A stretch of DNA of 64,000 bases from assembly GCA_963735055.1 (NCBI GenBank), contig CAVTJN010000004.1, positions 152,914 to 216,913 on the forward strand. The letters are read 5' to 3'. The notes below the pieces were generated by a model that was given only the letters and a program-made list of their open reading frames with translations, did not search any database and was not told where the DNA came from. Each line of letters opens with the position of its first letter. Position 1 is the first letter of the stretch. This DNA comes from an uncultured Chloroflexia bacterium (GTDB lineage: Bacteria > Chloroflexota > Dehalococcoidia > Dehalococcoidales > UBA2162). Of this stretch, positions 47,343 to 56,025 are shown in pieces. Both the position numbers and the translations under genes were made by a program.

Positions 47343-47383
47343 GCTGTCACGTTCCGCCCAATTAGCTTCGAAGCCGAGACTCC

Positions 47384-47914
47384 CTACGCCCGCTTCTTAA
47401 CCACGTCCCCCAACCCCCAGTAACCGCTCCCGGCCAGTACAAGCGGGTCGATCTTCTTCATGTCGGGTTTGTCCTCGACCATGGCTTCCCGGGCCACATA
47501 TGTCTCGACGATCTCCCCGACAAACACTTCGTTGCGGGGCAGGTCGATGGTATTAATGAGCTTGCACAGCATATTGACGGGACACTCGGCGATCATCGGG
47601 GCCTTGTTAACGGAGCCGTAAAAGGCGGTGAAGACGCCCGACTTGTCGGTGTCCCGTCCGGACACGCGGCCGACATATTCGGTTTGGCCGATCAGGTCAC
47701 GGGAAGGGATATTGACGCTGAAGTAGCCGTTTTCCTTGATGCCGGCGTTGGTGTAGTGGGCCTTGTTGATCGAGATATAGACCGTGGGCGGGCTCAGGGA
47801 CATGCCGCCAAAGGAACCCAGGGTAATGTAGTTGGCCTTCCCGCCGACCAGGGCGCCGGCGATAACAGCCGGTGAGACGCTTACCCACCGGTTACCCGCC
47901 AGTATCTTTTCCAT
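47384..47914 (-). CDS. flavin reductase-like FMN-binding (split-barrel) protein
   Basis: Size and sequence character fit the flavin reductase domain family ('NYITLGSFGGMSLSPP', 'GRDTDK'). Confidence 0.7.
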   Translation of the reverse strand: MEKILAGNRWVSVSPAVIAGALVGGKANYITLGSFGGMSLSPPTVYISINKAHYTNAGIKENGYFSVNIPSRDLIGQTEYVGRVSGRDTDKSGVFTAFYGSVNKAPMIAECPVNMLCKLINTIDLPRNEVFVGEIVETYVAREAMVEDKPDMKKIDPLVLAGSGYWGLGDVVKKRA

Positions 47915-48058
47915 CCGTTCATCCCCGATGCTATTCAGTCAGTACCGTATGATAACCGCAGCAGGGCATCGGCGCAATGCTGCGAACATCTCGCGACCGG
48001 CCGGTTGACCAACAACGGCCAACAGGATATGATGCGCCTGACCGGGGCAGGAGGGCCG

Positions 48059-48748
48059 ATGGACCAACGTCTCGCGATTGTAAGAGCAGCTTACGACCGT
48101 ACGGTCGACGAATTCCGGAAAGGGGCCGACCCGTTGCGGGATGTCCCCGACGCCATCAGGGAGTCTGCTTTCTTCCGGTCGTTCACATCGGGGCCGAGCG
48201 CGTCGAACAGTGCCACCGCCGATATCAAGCGCTATCTGAGACCCCGGTCCGGCACGAGATTCCTCGACGTCGGCTGCTGCGCCAACCTGGCAAACTACCG
48301 GCTGGACAGTTGGCCATCAACATACTACGGCGTGGATATCAGCCCGGCGCTAATCGAGGCCATGAAAGGCTTTGCCTCAGCCCGGGGGCTGTCGCCGGGG
48401 GGCCTTTACGTGGCCGAGGTGAGGCGCCTGCCATTCTGGGACAAGTTCTTCGACATGGCGGCGGCCGTCGGCGTATTCGAATACTGCAGTCTGCGCTATA
48501 TCAGAGGCGCGCTCGGCGAACTGAACCGGGTGATGAAACCCGGGGCACGGCTGGTGGTGGACATTCCCAACCGCGAACACCCCTACGCCCGTGACATGGC
48601 CAGACTGGAGCGGTTCCTGGGCCGGCCGATCTACCTGCACTTCCGCAAGAAGTTCGAGAACGCGCTGGCGCCATACTTTTCGGTGGACCGGGTGGACGAT
48701 AGCCAGGCGATGATCAAGTTCTTCGCCCGCCGGTTAAGACAAAAGTAG
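48059..48748 (+). CDS. class I SAM-dependent methyltransferase
   Basis: 'FLDVGCCANL' motif I-like, 'GARLVVDIPN'. ATG 48059 after AGGAGGG. Confidence 0.7.
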   Translation: MDQRLAIVRAAYDRTVDEFRKGADPLRDVPDAIRESAFFRSFTSGPSASNSATADIKRYLRPRSGTRFLDVGCCANLANYRLDSWPSTYYGVDISPALIEAMKGFASARGLSPGGLYVAEVRRLPFWDKFFDMAAAVGVFEYCSLRYIRGALGELNRVMKPGARLVVDIPNREHPYARDMARLERFLGRPIYLHFRKKFENALAPYFSVDRVDDSQAMIKFFARRLRQK

Positions 48749-48768
48749 CCCGCCTTGTTCACTGATCA

Positions 48769-49395
48769 TCACGACAACCCGAACATTCGAGCCACCAGGA
48801 ACATGACGGCGGCGGAGCCGATGGGTATGGTCAGGTTGTCGTTGACCCGCCAGGGAAGCGCCTGGGCCAGCGTGGCCGCCAGTGCGCCGATGGCGCCGAC
48901 TCCGAGCCCGGGCCTGGGTGACCACACGGTTACGGCGACGGCCAGCAACAGACACACGATCAGGCAGGCCAGATGTCCTTCGGCATTCTTAGCCCGAAGC
49001 TTCGTCCGCCCCAGCCACCGGCCGACCGCCGAGGCGACGGGGTCGCCTAAGGCAAGGAACAGGATGGCCAGGACCGAGATGTCAGTGGGGAAAACGACCA
49101 TGGTCGCCGTTATGCCGATCAGAAAATAAGTGGCCCCGGTAACCCTGGTGTCTTCCTCGGGACGCAGGAACAGGTCCAATTGGCGGCGGAGCCACCGGCG
49201 CAGCCGTGGAAACACGAAACTGACGAACTCACCCAGCACAAACAGCCCGGTCAGGGCGGCCGCGGCGACGATGACACAATCCCTTGGGCCGAAGTGCAGG
49301 GCGACAGCGAAGGATATTCCCAAAGAGGCATGGGCCAACGACCGGGCGATGACGCGTCTCTTCAAAGGAATATCCAGGCTCAAATCATTCCCCAC
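48769..49395 (-). CDS. membrane protein of the phosphatidate cytidylyltransferase / polyprenol (dolichol, phytol) kinase family
   Basis: Multi-TM protein with 'LALGDPVASAVGRWLGR', typical of CTP-dependent lipid kinases and CdsA-like proteins. Confidence 0.55.
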   Translation of the reverse strand: MGNDLSLDIPLKRRVIARSLAHASLGISFAVALHFGPRDCVIVAAAALTGLFVLGEFVSFVFPRLRRWLRRQLDLFLRPEEDTRVTGATYFLIGITATMVVFPTDISVLAILFLALGDPVASAVGRWLGRTKLRAKNAEGHLACLIVCLLLAVAVTVWSPRPGLGVGAIGALAATLAQALPWRVNDNLTIPIGSAAVMFLVARMFGLS

Positions 49396-49456
49396 GCAGC
49401 CTCAAAGCAGCGAGCAACAGCCAATCCCTGAAACGGGCGCGAACCGGAACGACCGG

Positions 49457-50266
49457 CTATGGGGCCAGAGCTTCGTTGATCTGGTCACGCATCGTTCCGG
49501 CGGCGCGGCGCGCAGCCGCCGCAAAGTCGTTACCCCGGGAGGCGTAAAGTATCTGCCGCGAGGAGTTGATGACCGTCCGGTTCCGCCGGACGTCGATCCC
49601 GTTCTTCACGGTCAAGGCGAGGTCGCCGCCCTGGGCGCCCACGCCCGGCACCAGGAACGGCAAGTCGGGATAGCTCTTACGGACGGCTTTGAGTTCGTCC
49701 GGGTAAGTGGCGCCCACCACGAGACCGACGTTGCCGTACCGGTTCCAGCTGTTGGCCTTGGCAGCTACTATTTCGTGGAGCTGCCGGATGCCATCGCTGG
49801 TCTCGCACCGCAACGACTGAAAATCAACGGCGCCGGCGTTCGAGGTGCGGCAGAGAATGAATATCCCCTTCTGCTGGTAATCAAGGAAGGGTGCAACGGC
49901 GTCGGACCCGAGGTAGGGATTAACGGTGCAGCCATCAAAGCCATAGTAGTCGAATAGTGCCCTGGCGTAGGCTTTGGCCGTATTTCCGATATCACTGCGC
50001 TTGGCATCGGCAATGACGGGCACCCCGGTCGGTATGAGCTTCACCGTCTCCCGCAGGGCAGTCATCCCGTCGATACCGAGCGCTTCGTAAAAAGCGAGGT
50101 TGGGCTTGTAGGCACAGACGAGATCCGAAGTAGCCTCGACGATGACGCGGTTAAAATCCAGCACGCCCATGCCCGCGGGCATCAGGTCCGGATCGGGGTC
50201 GAGCCCGACACAGACGAGGCTGCCGTTCTTGTGGACGGCCGCGGCTAGCTTGTCCAAGAAACGCAT
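49457..50266 (-). CDS. pyrF: orotidine 5'-phosphate decarboxylase (type 2)
   Basis: 'VCVGLDPD', 'IADAKRSDIGNT'. ATG 50266 after GGGGAGGAG. Confidence 0.9.
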   Translation of the reverse strand: MRFLDKLAAAVHKNGSLVCVGLDPDPDLMPAGMGVLDFNRVIVEATSDLVCAYKPNLAFYEALGIDGMTALRETVKLIPTGVPVIADAKRSDIGNTAKAYARALFDYYGFDGCTVNPYLGSDAVAPFLDYQQKGIFILCRTSNAGAVDFQSLRCETSDGIRQLHEIVAAKANSWNRYGNVGLVVGATYPDELKAVRKSYPDLPFLVPGVGAQGGDLALTVKNGIDVRRNRTVINSSRQILYASRGNDFAAAARRAAGTMRDQINEALAP

Positions 50267-50409
50267 GGTGCTCCTCCCCACCCAAACGATGCTTGTTGAT
50301 ATTAGCAGTCAATCTGCGTGAGGTCAAACAGACAAATCACTGATGTAGTTTGACACGCCCCGACGGCCGCCTATATATTGACAAGAAGAACGCCTGAAGG
50401 GGAAGAGAG

Positions 50410-51652
50410 ATGAAGGGGAAGATATTCATTGTCGACGTGACCAACCGCGACGGGGTACAAACCGCCAAGCTTGGCCTCTCCAAACTGGCCAAGACCATGA
50501 TCAACATCTACCTCAACGAAATGGGAGTCTACCAGAGCGAGTTTGGGTTCCCCACCACCCGGCACGAATCGAACTACCTGAAGGCGAACCTGGAACTCAA
50601 AAAGATGGGAGTCCTAGACCCGATCCACCTGGGCGGCTGGCTGCGGGCGACTACCGATGACGTGAACCGGGCATTTGAACTGGTACCTGAACTCGAGGAC
50701 TTGAACCTTTCGATCTCGACTTCCAGCCAGATGATCCGCAGCAAGTTCCGCGCCATCACGAGCGAACAGGCGGTGCTGGATACGGCGATGGCTGCTCTCG
50801 ATACCGCCCTCAAACACGGCGCCCGCCACGTCGGGATCAATGCCGAAGATGCGTCCCGGACGGATCTGGACTTCCTGGTACGTTTCGGACAGGCGGCCAG
50901 GGAGCACGGCGCCGCCCGTTTACGGTACTGCGATACGCTGGGTTACGACACTCCATTTACGATATATGAAACATGCAAGGTGGTGGCCAAGGCCGTGGGA
51001 CTGCCGATCGAACTGCATTGCCACAACGACCTGGGGATGGCGGTGGCCAATTCGGTGGCGGGGGCGATGGGCGTGGTAGAAGCCGGACAGGATGCCTACA
51101 TCAACACCACGGTCAACGGCATCGGCGAACGGGCGGGTAATGCCGACCTGCTGGCGGTGGTCCTGGCCCTCAAGAAGGCCAAAGGCATGGCCCGGAAGCA
51201 CACTTTCGGCATGCCGATTCACCTGAACATGGCCTGGAAGCTGTGCAACTACGCCAGCTATGCCTTCAAAGTACCAATTGCGATCAATCAGCCCGGTGTC
51301 GGCGCGAACGCTTTTGCCCACGCCTCCGGGATACATGCCGACGGCGTACTCAAAGACCCGCACAACTACGAGCTCTACGATTTCGAAGAGCTCGGCCGGG
51401 GCGATCCGGAGATGGTTGAAACCGGGCGCGAGATCTGCTCCGGGGAGTACAGCGGCATATCCGGCTTCCGCCACATTATGGGCAAGCTGGAGGTCGACCT
51501 GACCCACCGCGCCGACGCAGAAAACATTCTCGAACTGGTCCGCTTCGCCAACGTGGAAGCGCAGAAGCCGCTCGTCGAGGAAGAACTGCTGTTCATCGCC
51601 CGGTATCCCGAGATTCGCGCGCGAACTGCTGACGTTGGCGCCACTGGCGTAG
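50410..51652 (+). CDS. isopropylmalate/citramalate/homocitrate (Re-citrate) synthase family enzyme; C-terminal tail probably frameshifted
   Basis: 'FIVDVTNRDGVQT' (variant of DTTLRDGEQ), 'ELHCHNDLGMAVANS'. After '...RYPEI' the +1 frame reads 'ARELLTLAPLA*' ending at 51652. The annotated frame instead runs 80 nt into the convergent gene. Confidence 0.8.
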
Positions 51653-51709
51653 GACCGGGTGAGGACCCGGCGGGTGGGTTTCACGAGGACGACTCAGCAC
51701 TTGTCGCGT

Positions 51710-52792
51710 TTATGCTTTCATCCGGGCTATTATCGCGTCGGCCATCTGCGAGGTGCCCACGGCCGAAGGATCATCGCGGTCGGCCTTGAGATCGTAGGTA
51801 ACGAACTCGCCCCGGGCGACCACTTCCCCAACCGCAGCTTCCAGCCGGTCCCCCGCCTTGCTTTCGCCCAGGTGCCGCAGCATCATGATCCCCGACAGGA
51901 TGGCGCCCAGCGGATTGACTTTATTCAGTCCGGCGTACTTAGGTGCGCTACCATGAGTCGGTTCGAACATGGCCAACCCGATACCGATGTTGGCACCGGG
52001 GGCGACACCCAATCCGCCCACCAACCCGGCACACAAATCGGAGATGATATCGCCGTAGAGATTCGGCAGAACGAGAACATCGAACTGGTGCGGACGCTGG
52101 ACAAGCTGGGCGCACAGGTCGTCGATAATGCGGTCTTCAAACTCGATGTCCGGATAGGAGCGGGCGACGTCCCGGGCGACCTCGAGGAAAAAGCCGTCGG
52201 TGAACTTCAGGATATTGGCCTTGTGGACGGCGGTGACCTTCTTTCGACCGTTGGCCCGCGCGTGGTCAAAGGCGTAGCGCACGATCCGGCGGCTCCCGGC
52301 ATCCGATATGCTCTTTATGGCCAGGGCGGAGTCCGGCGGCAGGTCCTCGCCAAGGTCCGCCTTGATGAAAGAGATAAGCTTCCGGGCCCCGGCGCTGCCG
52401 CGTTCAAACTCGATGCCGCTGTACAGGTCTTCGGTGTTTTCCCGGACGACGACGATATCGACCCCCTCGTACTTCGCAGGCACTCCCGGGTAGTAGCGGC
52501 AGGGGCGAAGGCAGGCGTACAGATCAAGGGCTTTGCGCAGCGCCACGTTGACGCTGCGGAAGCCGGTACCGACCGGCGTGGTGGTGGGGCCTTTGAGGGC
52601 GACTTTGTTCTTGCGGATCGAATCAAGCAGGCGCCCGGGAAGGAGGTCGCCTTCCGTCTTGAGGGCGGTCTCCCCGGCATTTATTACTTCCCAGCGGAAC
52701 TTGACGCCGGTGGCTTCGAGGCAGCGCCGCGCTGCCTCGATCACTTCAGGACCAACCCCGTCGCCGGGGATGAGGGTGGCGTTATGCTCCAA
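51710..52792 (-). CDS. isocitrate/isopropylmalate dehydrogenase family (ICDH/HICDH-like)
   Basis: 'GDGVGPEV', 'SVNVALRKALDLYACLRP', 'RENTEDLYSG', 'NLYGDIISD'. Confidence 0.9.
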   Translation of the reverse strand: MEHNATLIPGDGVGPEVIEAARRCLEATGVKFRWEVINAGETALKTEGDLLPGRLLDSIRKNKVALKGPTTTPVGTGFRSVNVALRKALDLYACLRPCRYYPGVPAKYEGVDIVVVRENTEDLYSGIEFERGSAGARKLISFIKADLGEDLPPDSALAIKSISDAGSRRIVRYAFDHARANGRKKVTAVHKANILKFTDGFFLEVARDVARSYPDIEFEDRIIDDLCAQLVQRPHQFDVLVLPNLYGDIISDLCAGLVGGLGVAPGANIGIGLAMFEPTHGSAPKYAGLNKVNPLGAILSGIMMLRHLGESKAGDRLEAAVGEVVARGEFVTYDLKADRDDPSAVGTSQMADAIIARMKA

Positions 52793-52827
52793 CGAAGTAC
52801 CTCCGAGGGACGATGATGCCGGCGCGC

Positions 52828-53334
52828 CTAATTCAACACAAGGTCCTTATGCTTCTGGATATAAGGGACGAGACCGCCTTCGTTGAGGATGCGGAGCATG
52901 ATATCCGGCATCGGGCTGAAATGAAGCTCGGCGCCATTGGTGATATCAAGCACTGTCCCGGCGCCAAGATCGACTTGCAGCTCATCGCCGTCGCCTATCT
53001 TGTCGGTGTCACAGACCAGGACCGGCAGACCGATATTGATGGCGTTACGGAAGAAGATGCGGGCAAACGACTTGGCCAGAACGGCACTGACGCCGGCCAT
53101 CTTGATGACGATGGGGGCGTGCTCGCGACTTGAGCCGAGCCCGAAGTTGTTGCCGCCGACCACGAAATCACCTTTCCTCACCTTCTGGGCAAAGGTCGGA
53201 TCGGCGTCCTCGAGGACGTGTTTGGCCAGTTCGGGCAGGTTGCTCCTCAGATGCAGCAACCGGCCCGGTATGATCAGGTCAGTCGAGATGTTGTCGCCGA
53301 ATTTGAAGACTTTACCTTTCAGCATCTGGACCAT
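52828..53334 (-). CDS. leuD: 3-isopropylmalate/(homo)aconitate dehydratase small subunit
   Basis: 'GGNNFGLGSSREHA'. 168 aa. Located directly downstream of the large subunit. Confidence 0.85.
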   Translation of the reverse strand: MVQMLKGKVFKFGDNISTDLIIPGRLLHLRSNLPELAKHVLEDADPTFAQKVRKGDFVVGGNNFGLGSSREHAPIVIKMAGVSAVLAKSFARIFFRNAINIGLPVLVCDTDKIGDGDELQVDLGAGTVLDITNGAELHFSPMPDIMLRILNEGGLVPYIQKHKDLVLN

Positions 53335-53346
53335 CCACCACCGGTT

Positions 53347-54600
53347 CTATAGAAACTCGCGCGGGTCGGTAATCTGTCCCGCTATCGCCGTGGCGGCGGC
53401 CGTCGCCGGGCTGGCCAGGTAGACGAAGGCGCTGGGATTGCCCATGCGGCCCTTGAAGTTGCGGTTGGCGGTGGACAGGCAGACTTCGCCGTCGCCAAGG
53501 ACACCCTGATGCACGCCAAGGCAGGCCGCGCATCCGGGCGGGACAACGGTGGCCCCGGCTTCAATCAACGTAGTCATGTAACCCGTGGCGATGGTGTCGA
53601 GATAGATCTGCTGAGAAGCCGGCGCCACGATCAGCCGGGTACCGGGACGGCACTTCCTCCCGCGGAGAATGTCGGCCGCGATCCGGAAGTCCTCCAACCG
53701 ACCGTTGGTGCAGGTACCGAGGAAGACCTGATCGATATGGACCCCCTTCAATTCCCGGGCCAGGGCGATGTTATCTACCGTATGCGGCCGGGAGACCGTG
53801 GGCTCAAGCGACGTGGCGTCAATCTCAAGAGTCTGCTCATACGAGGCATCGGCGTCAGCGGTCAGCGGCAGGTAACGATCCCCGCGCCCCTGAGTCTCAA
53901 GGTACTTCTGCGTCACCCGGTCAGAAGGGAACAGTCCCACTTTCGCCCCGGCTTCGACCGCCATGTTGGCGATGGTCAGGCGGTCCGTCATCGCCATGCT
54001 ACCGACGGCTTCGCCACCGAACTCAAGCGATTTGTAGGTGGCGCCGTCCGCCCCGATGCGGCCGATGACATGAAGGATCAGGTCCTTGCCGTAGACGCCG
54101 TTGTGCAGATGGCCGCTGACCTCCACTCTTATGGTTTCGGGCACGCGAAACCAGGTCTTCCCGAGGGCGATAGCGACGGCAATGTCAGTTGACCCCATGC
54201 CCGTCGAAAAGGCGCCGACGGCGCCACCCATAACGGTGTGAGAATCGGAGCCTACAATGACGTCGCCGGGACTGGCCCAGGATTCGGCCACACGCTGATG
54301 ACAAACGCCCTCGCCAACGTCGCTGAGGACAGCGCCCGTGTCGGCGGCGAATTTCCGCAGCATTAGATGGTCGTTGGACAACTCGCGGGCGGGACTCGGG
54401 GCGGAGTGGTCGATGAAGACGACGGTCCGTTTCGGTTGTTTCAAGGTACCGATACCCAATTCGGCGAACTGGCGCAGGGTCAGCGGACCGGTACTGTCCT
54501 GGACAAAAACGAGGTCCACGCCGACGACTACCAGGCCACCGGCCCGAGCGTCGGTTCCCGATTTCGAACTGAGTATTTTTTCGGCCAGCGTCTTTCCCAT
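53347..54600 (-). CDS. leuC: 3-isopropylmalate/(homo)aconitate dehydratase large subunit (aconitase family)
   Basis: 'GSDSHT', 'GTCTNGR', 'ANRNFKGR' Fe-S ligand motifs. Confidence 0.9.
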   Translation of the reverse strand: MGKTLAEKILSSKSGTDARAGGLVVVGVDLVFVQDSTGPLTLRQFAELGIGTLKQPKRTVVFIDHSAPSPARELSNDHLMLRKFAADTGAVLSDVGEGVCHQRVAESWASPGDVIVGSDSHTVMGGAVGAFSTGMGSTDIAVAIALGKTWFRVPETIRVEVSGHLHNGVYGKDLILHVIGRIGADGATYKSLEFGGEAVGSMAMTDRLTIANMAVEAGAKVGLFPSDRVTQKYLETQGRGDRYLPLTADADASYEQTLEIDATSLEPTVSRPHTVDNIALARELKGVHIDQVFLGTCTNGRLEDFRIAADILRGRKCRPGTRLIVAPASQQIYLDTIATGYMTTLIEAGATVVPPGCAACLGVHQGVLGDGEVCLSTANRNFKGRMGNPSAFVYLASPATAAATAIAGQITDPREFL

Positions 54601-54607
54601 ATGACCA

Positions 54608-54677
54608 AGTGTAGCAGATTGATTCGAGCCTTGTCATGGCATGATTCTTTGACTAAAGCCACGCCCGTTGATAATAT
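54608..54677. promoter_or_regulatory. back-to-back divergent promoter candidates (leuC leaderless; lysA)
   Basis: Minus strand: TGACAA(54636-54631)-17-TACACT(54613-54608), then 7 nt to the A of ATG 54600. Plus strand: TTGACT(54649-54654)-17-TAATAT(54672-54677). Confidence 0.4.
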
Positions 54678-54699
54678 TGAACCAGGAGCGGACGCGACA

Positions 54700-56016
54700 C
54701 TGAGGCAGACTGACAGACTCACTCTATTCCCGGCCGGCGCGGTGGTCAACGACCTCGGCCGCCTCGCTATCGGGGGCTGCGACACGGCGGATCTGGCCGC
54801 CCGTTTCGGCACGCCGCTGTACATCTTCGACGAAGCTGCGCTAAGGGCCAAGATCAACCAGTTCCGCAACGAATTCGAAAGGCGTTATCCCAGAGTCAGC
54901 GTACTCTACGCCTGCAAGGCGTTCATCAACCAGACGCTGTTACAGCTGGTCATGGACGAAGGGATCGGACTGGATGTAGTCTCGGGCGGCGAGATCGAGA
55001 TCGCGCAGTCGGTGGGGTTCCCCATGGACAGAGTCTCTTTCCCGGGGAACAACAAATCGGCCGCCGAGTTGCGACTGGCCCTGGATTTGCGGGTGGGGCG
55101 GATCGTGGTGGACAATTTTGATGAACTCCGGGTGCTCGGCGAGATCGCAGGCGCGAAAGCGCTGCGACCGGCTATCCTGTTACGGATGACGCCGGGGGTC
55201 GACCCCCACACCCATCGATACGAAGCGACCGGGACCGTGGACAGCAAGTTCGGTTTTCCGCTGGCCCAGGGTGAGCAGGCGGTGACAAGAGCCATGTCGA
55301 TGCCGGAGTTGGACCTGATCGGACTGCACTTCCACGTCGGGTCGCAACTCGCCGATACCGAATCGCACGAACAGGCGACCGCCATTACGCTCGAGTTCGC
55401 GGCCAGGATGGTAAGGGAGCGTCGCTTTGCTCTCCAGGAACTGAGCGTCGGGGGTGGTTACCCCGTCCAGTACACGTTGGACTGTCCGGTGCCCGACGTA
55501 CCGGTCTTCGCCAGGGCCATAACGGACACGGTCAGAGCGAAGTGTGGTGAATTCGGCCTCCCCCTGCCCCGGCTGGTGGTGGAGCCCGGCCGTTCGCTCG
55601 TAGCCCAGTCAGGCGTGGCGTTGTACACGGTTGGGACGATGAAGGAGATTCCGGGGATCAGGACCTTTGTTTCCGTTGATGGCGGGATGGCGGACAATAT
55701 CCGGCCGGCCCTCTACCAGTCCCGGATGGAAGCCGTACTAGCCAACCGGATGAACGACGAAGCAGATGGGGTCTACACCATAGCCGGCAAGTTCTGCGAA
55801 TCAGGTGATATTCTGATCCATGACATCGAAATGCCGACCCCGCACAGCGGCGACCTGGTGGCAGTGCCCGGGTGCGGAGCCTATAATATCCCCCAGGCAT
55901 GTAACTACAATGCCTTTCTCAAACCAGCCGTGGTCATGGTCAAGAATGGCACCGCGCGATCGATACGGAGGCGGGAGACAATCGAAGACCTGATACGATG
56001 TGATACGGTCGACTGA
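54700..56016 (+). CDS. lysA: diaminopimelate decarboxylase
   Basis: 'GTPLYIFDE', PLP-Lys 'LYACKAF', 'GGGYP', 'CESGD'. The start is uncertain: CTG 54700 (after AGGAG 54684-88), GTG 54742 or ATG 54601. ATG 54601 would abut the leuC start and cover both promoter candidates. Confidence 0.85.
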   Translation: MRQTDRLTLFPAGAVVNDLGRLAIGGCDTADLAARFGTPLYIFDEAALRAKINQFRNEFERRYPRVSVLYACKAFINQTLLQLVMDEGIGLDVVSGGEIEIAQSVGFPMDRVSFPGNNKSAAELRLALDLRVGRIVVDNFDELRVLGEIAGAKALRPAILLRMTPGVDPHTHRYEATGTVDSKFGFPLAQGEQAVTRAMSMPELDLIGLHFHVGSQLADTESHEQATAITLEFAARMVRERRFALQELSVGGGYPVQYTLDCPVPDVPVFARAITDTVRAKCGEFGLPLPRLVVEPGRSLVAQSGVALYTVGTMKEIPGIRTFVSVDGGMADNIRPALYQSRMEAVLANRMNDEADGVYTIAGKFCESGDILIHDIEMPTPHSGDLVAVPGCGAYNIPQACNYNAFLKPAVVMVKNGTARSIRRRETIEDLIRCDTVD

Positions 56017-56025
56017 GCTGATGGC

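Noticed and set aside
28064-51652. Programmed +1 ribosomal frameshifting (prfB-like) as the explanation for the uniform +1 events
   Set aside because: There is no in-frame stop or rare codon at the shift sites, no upstream SD-like stimulator in common, and the genes affected are unrelated. The contexts are homopolymer or dinucleotide runs typical of indel errors. It is kept only as a remote alternative.
54601-54699. ATG 54601 as the lysA start (ORF-track longest form begins even earlier, at 54367)
   Set aside because: It would abut the leuC start codon directly and would place both divergent promoter candidates inside the coding sequence. The encoded N-terminal residues are not LysA-like. 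The gene is retained but with a later, uncertain start.
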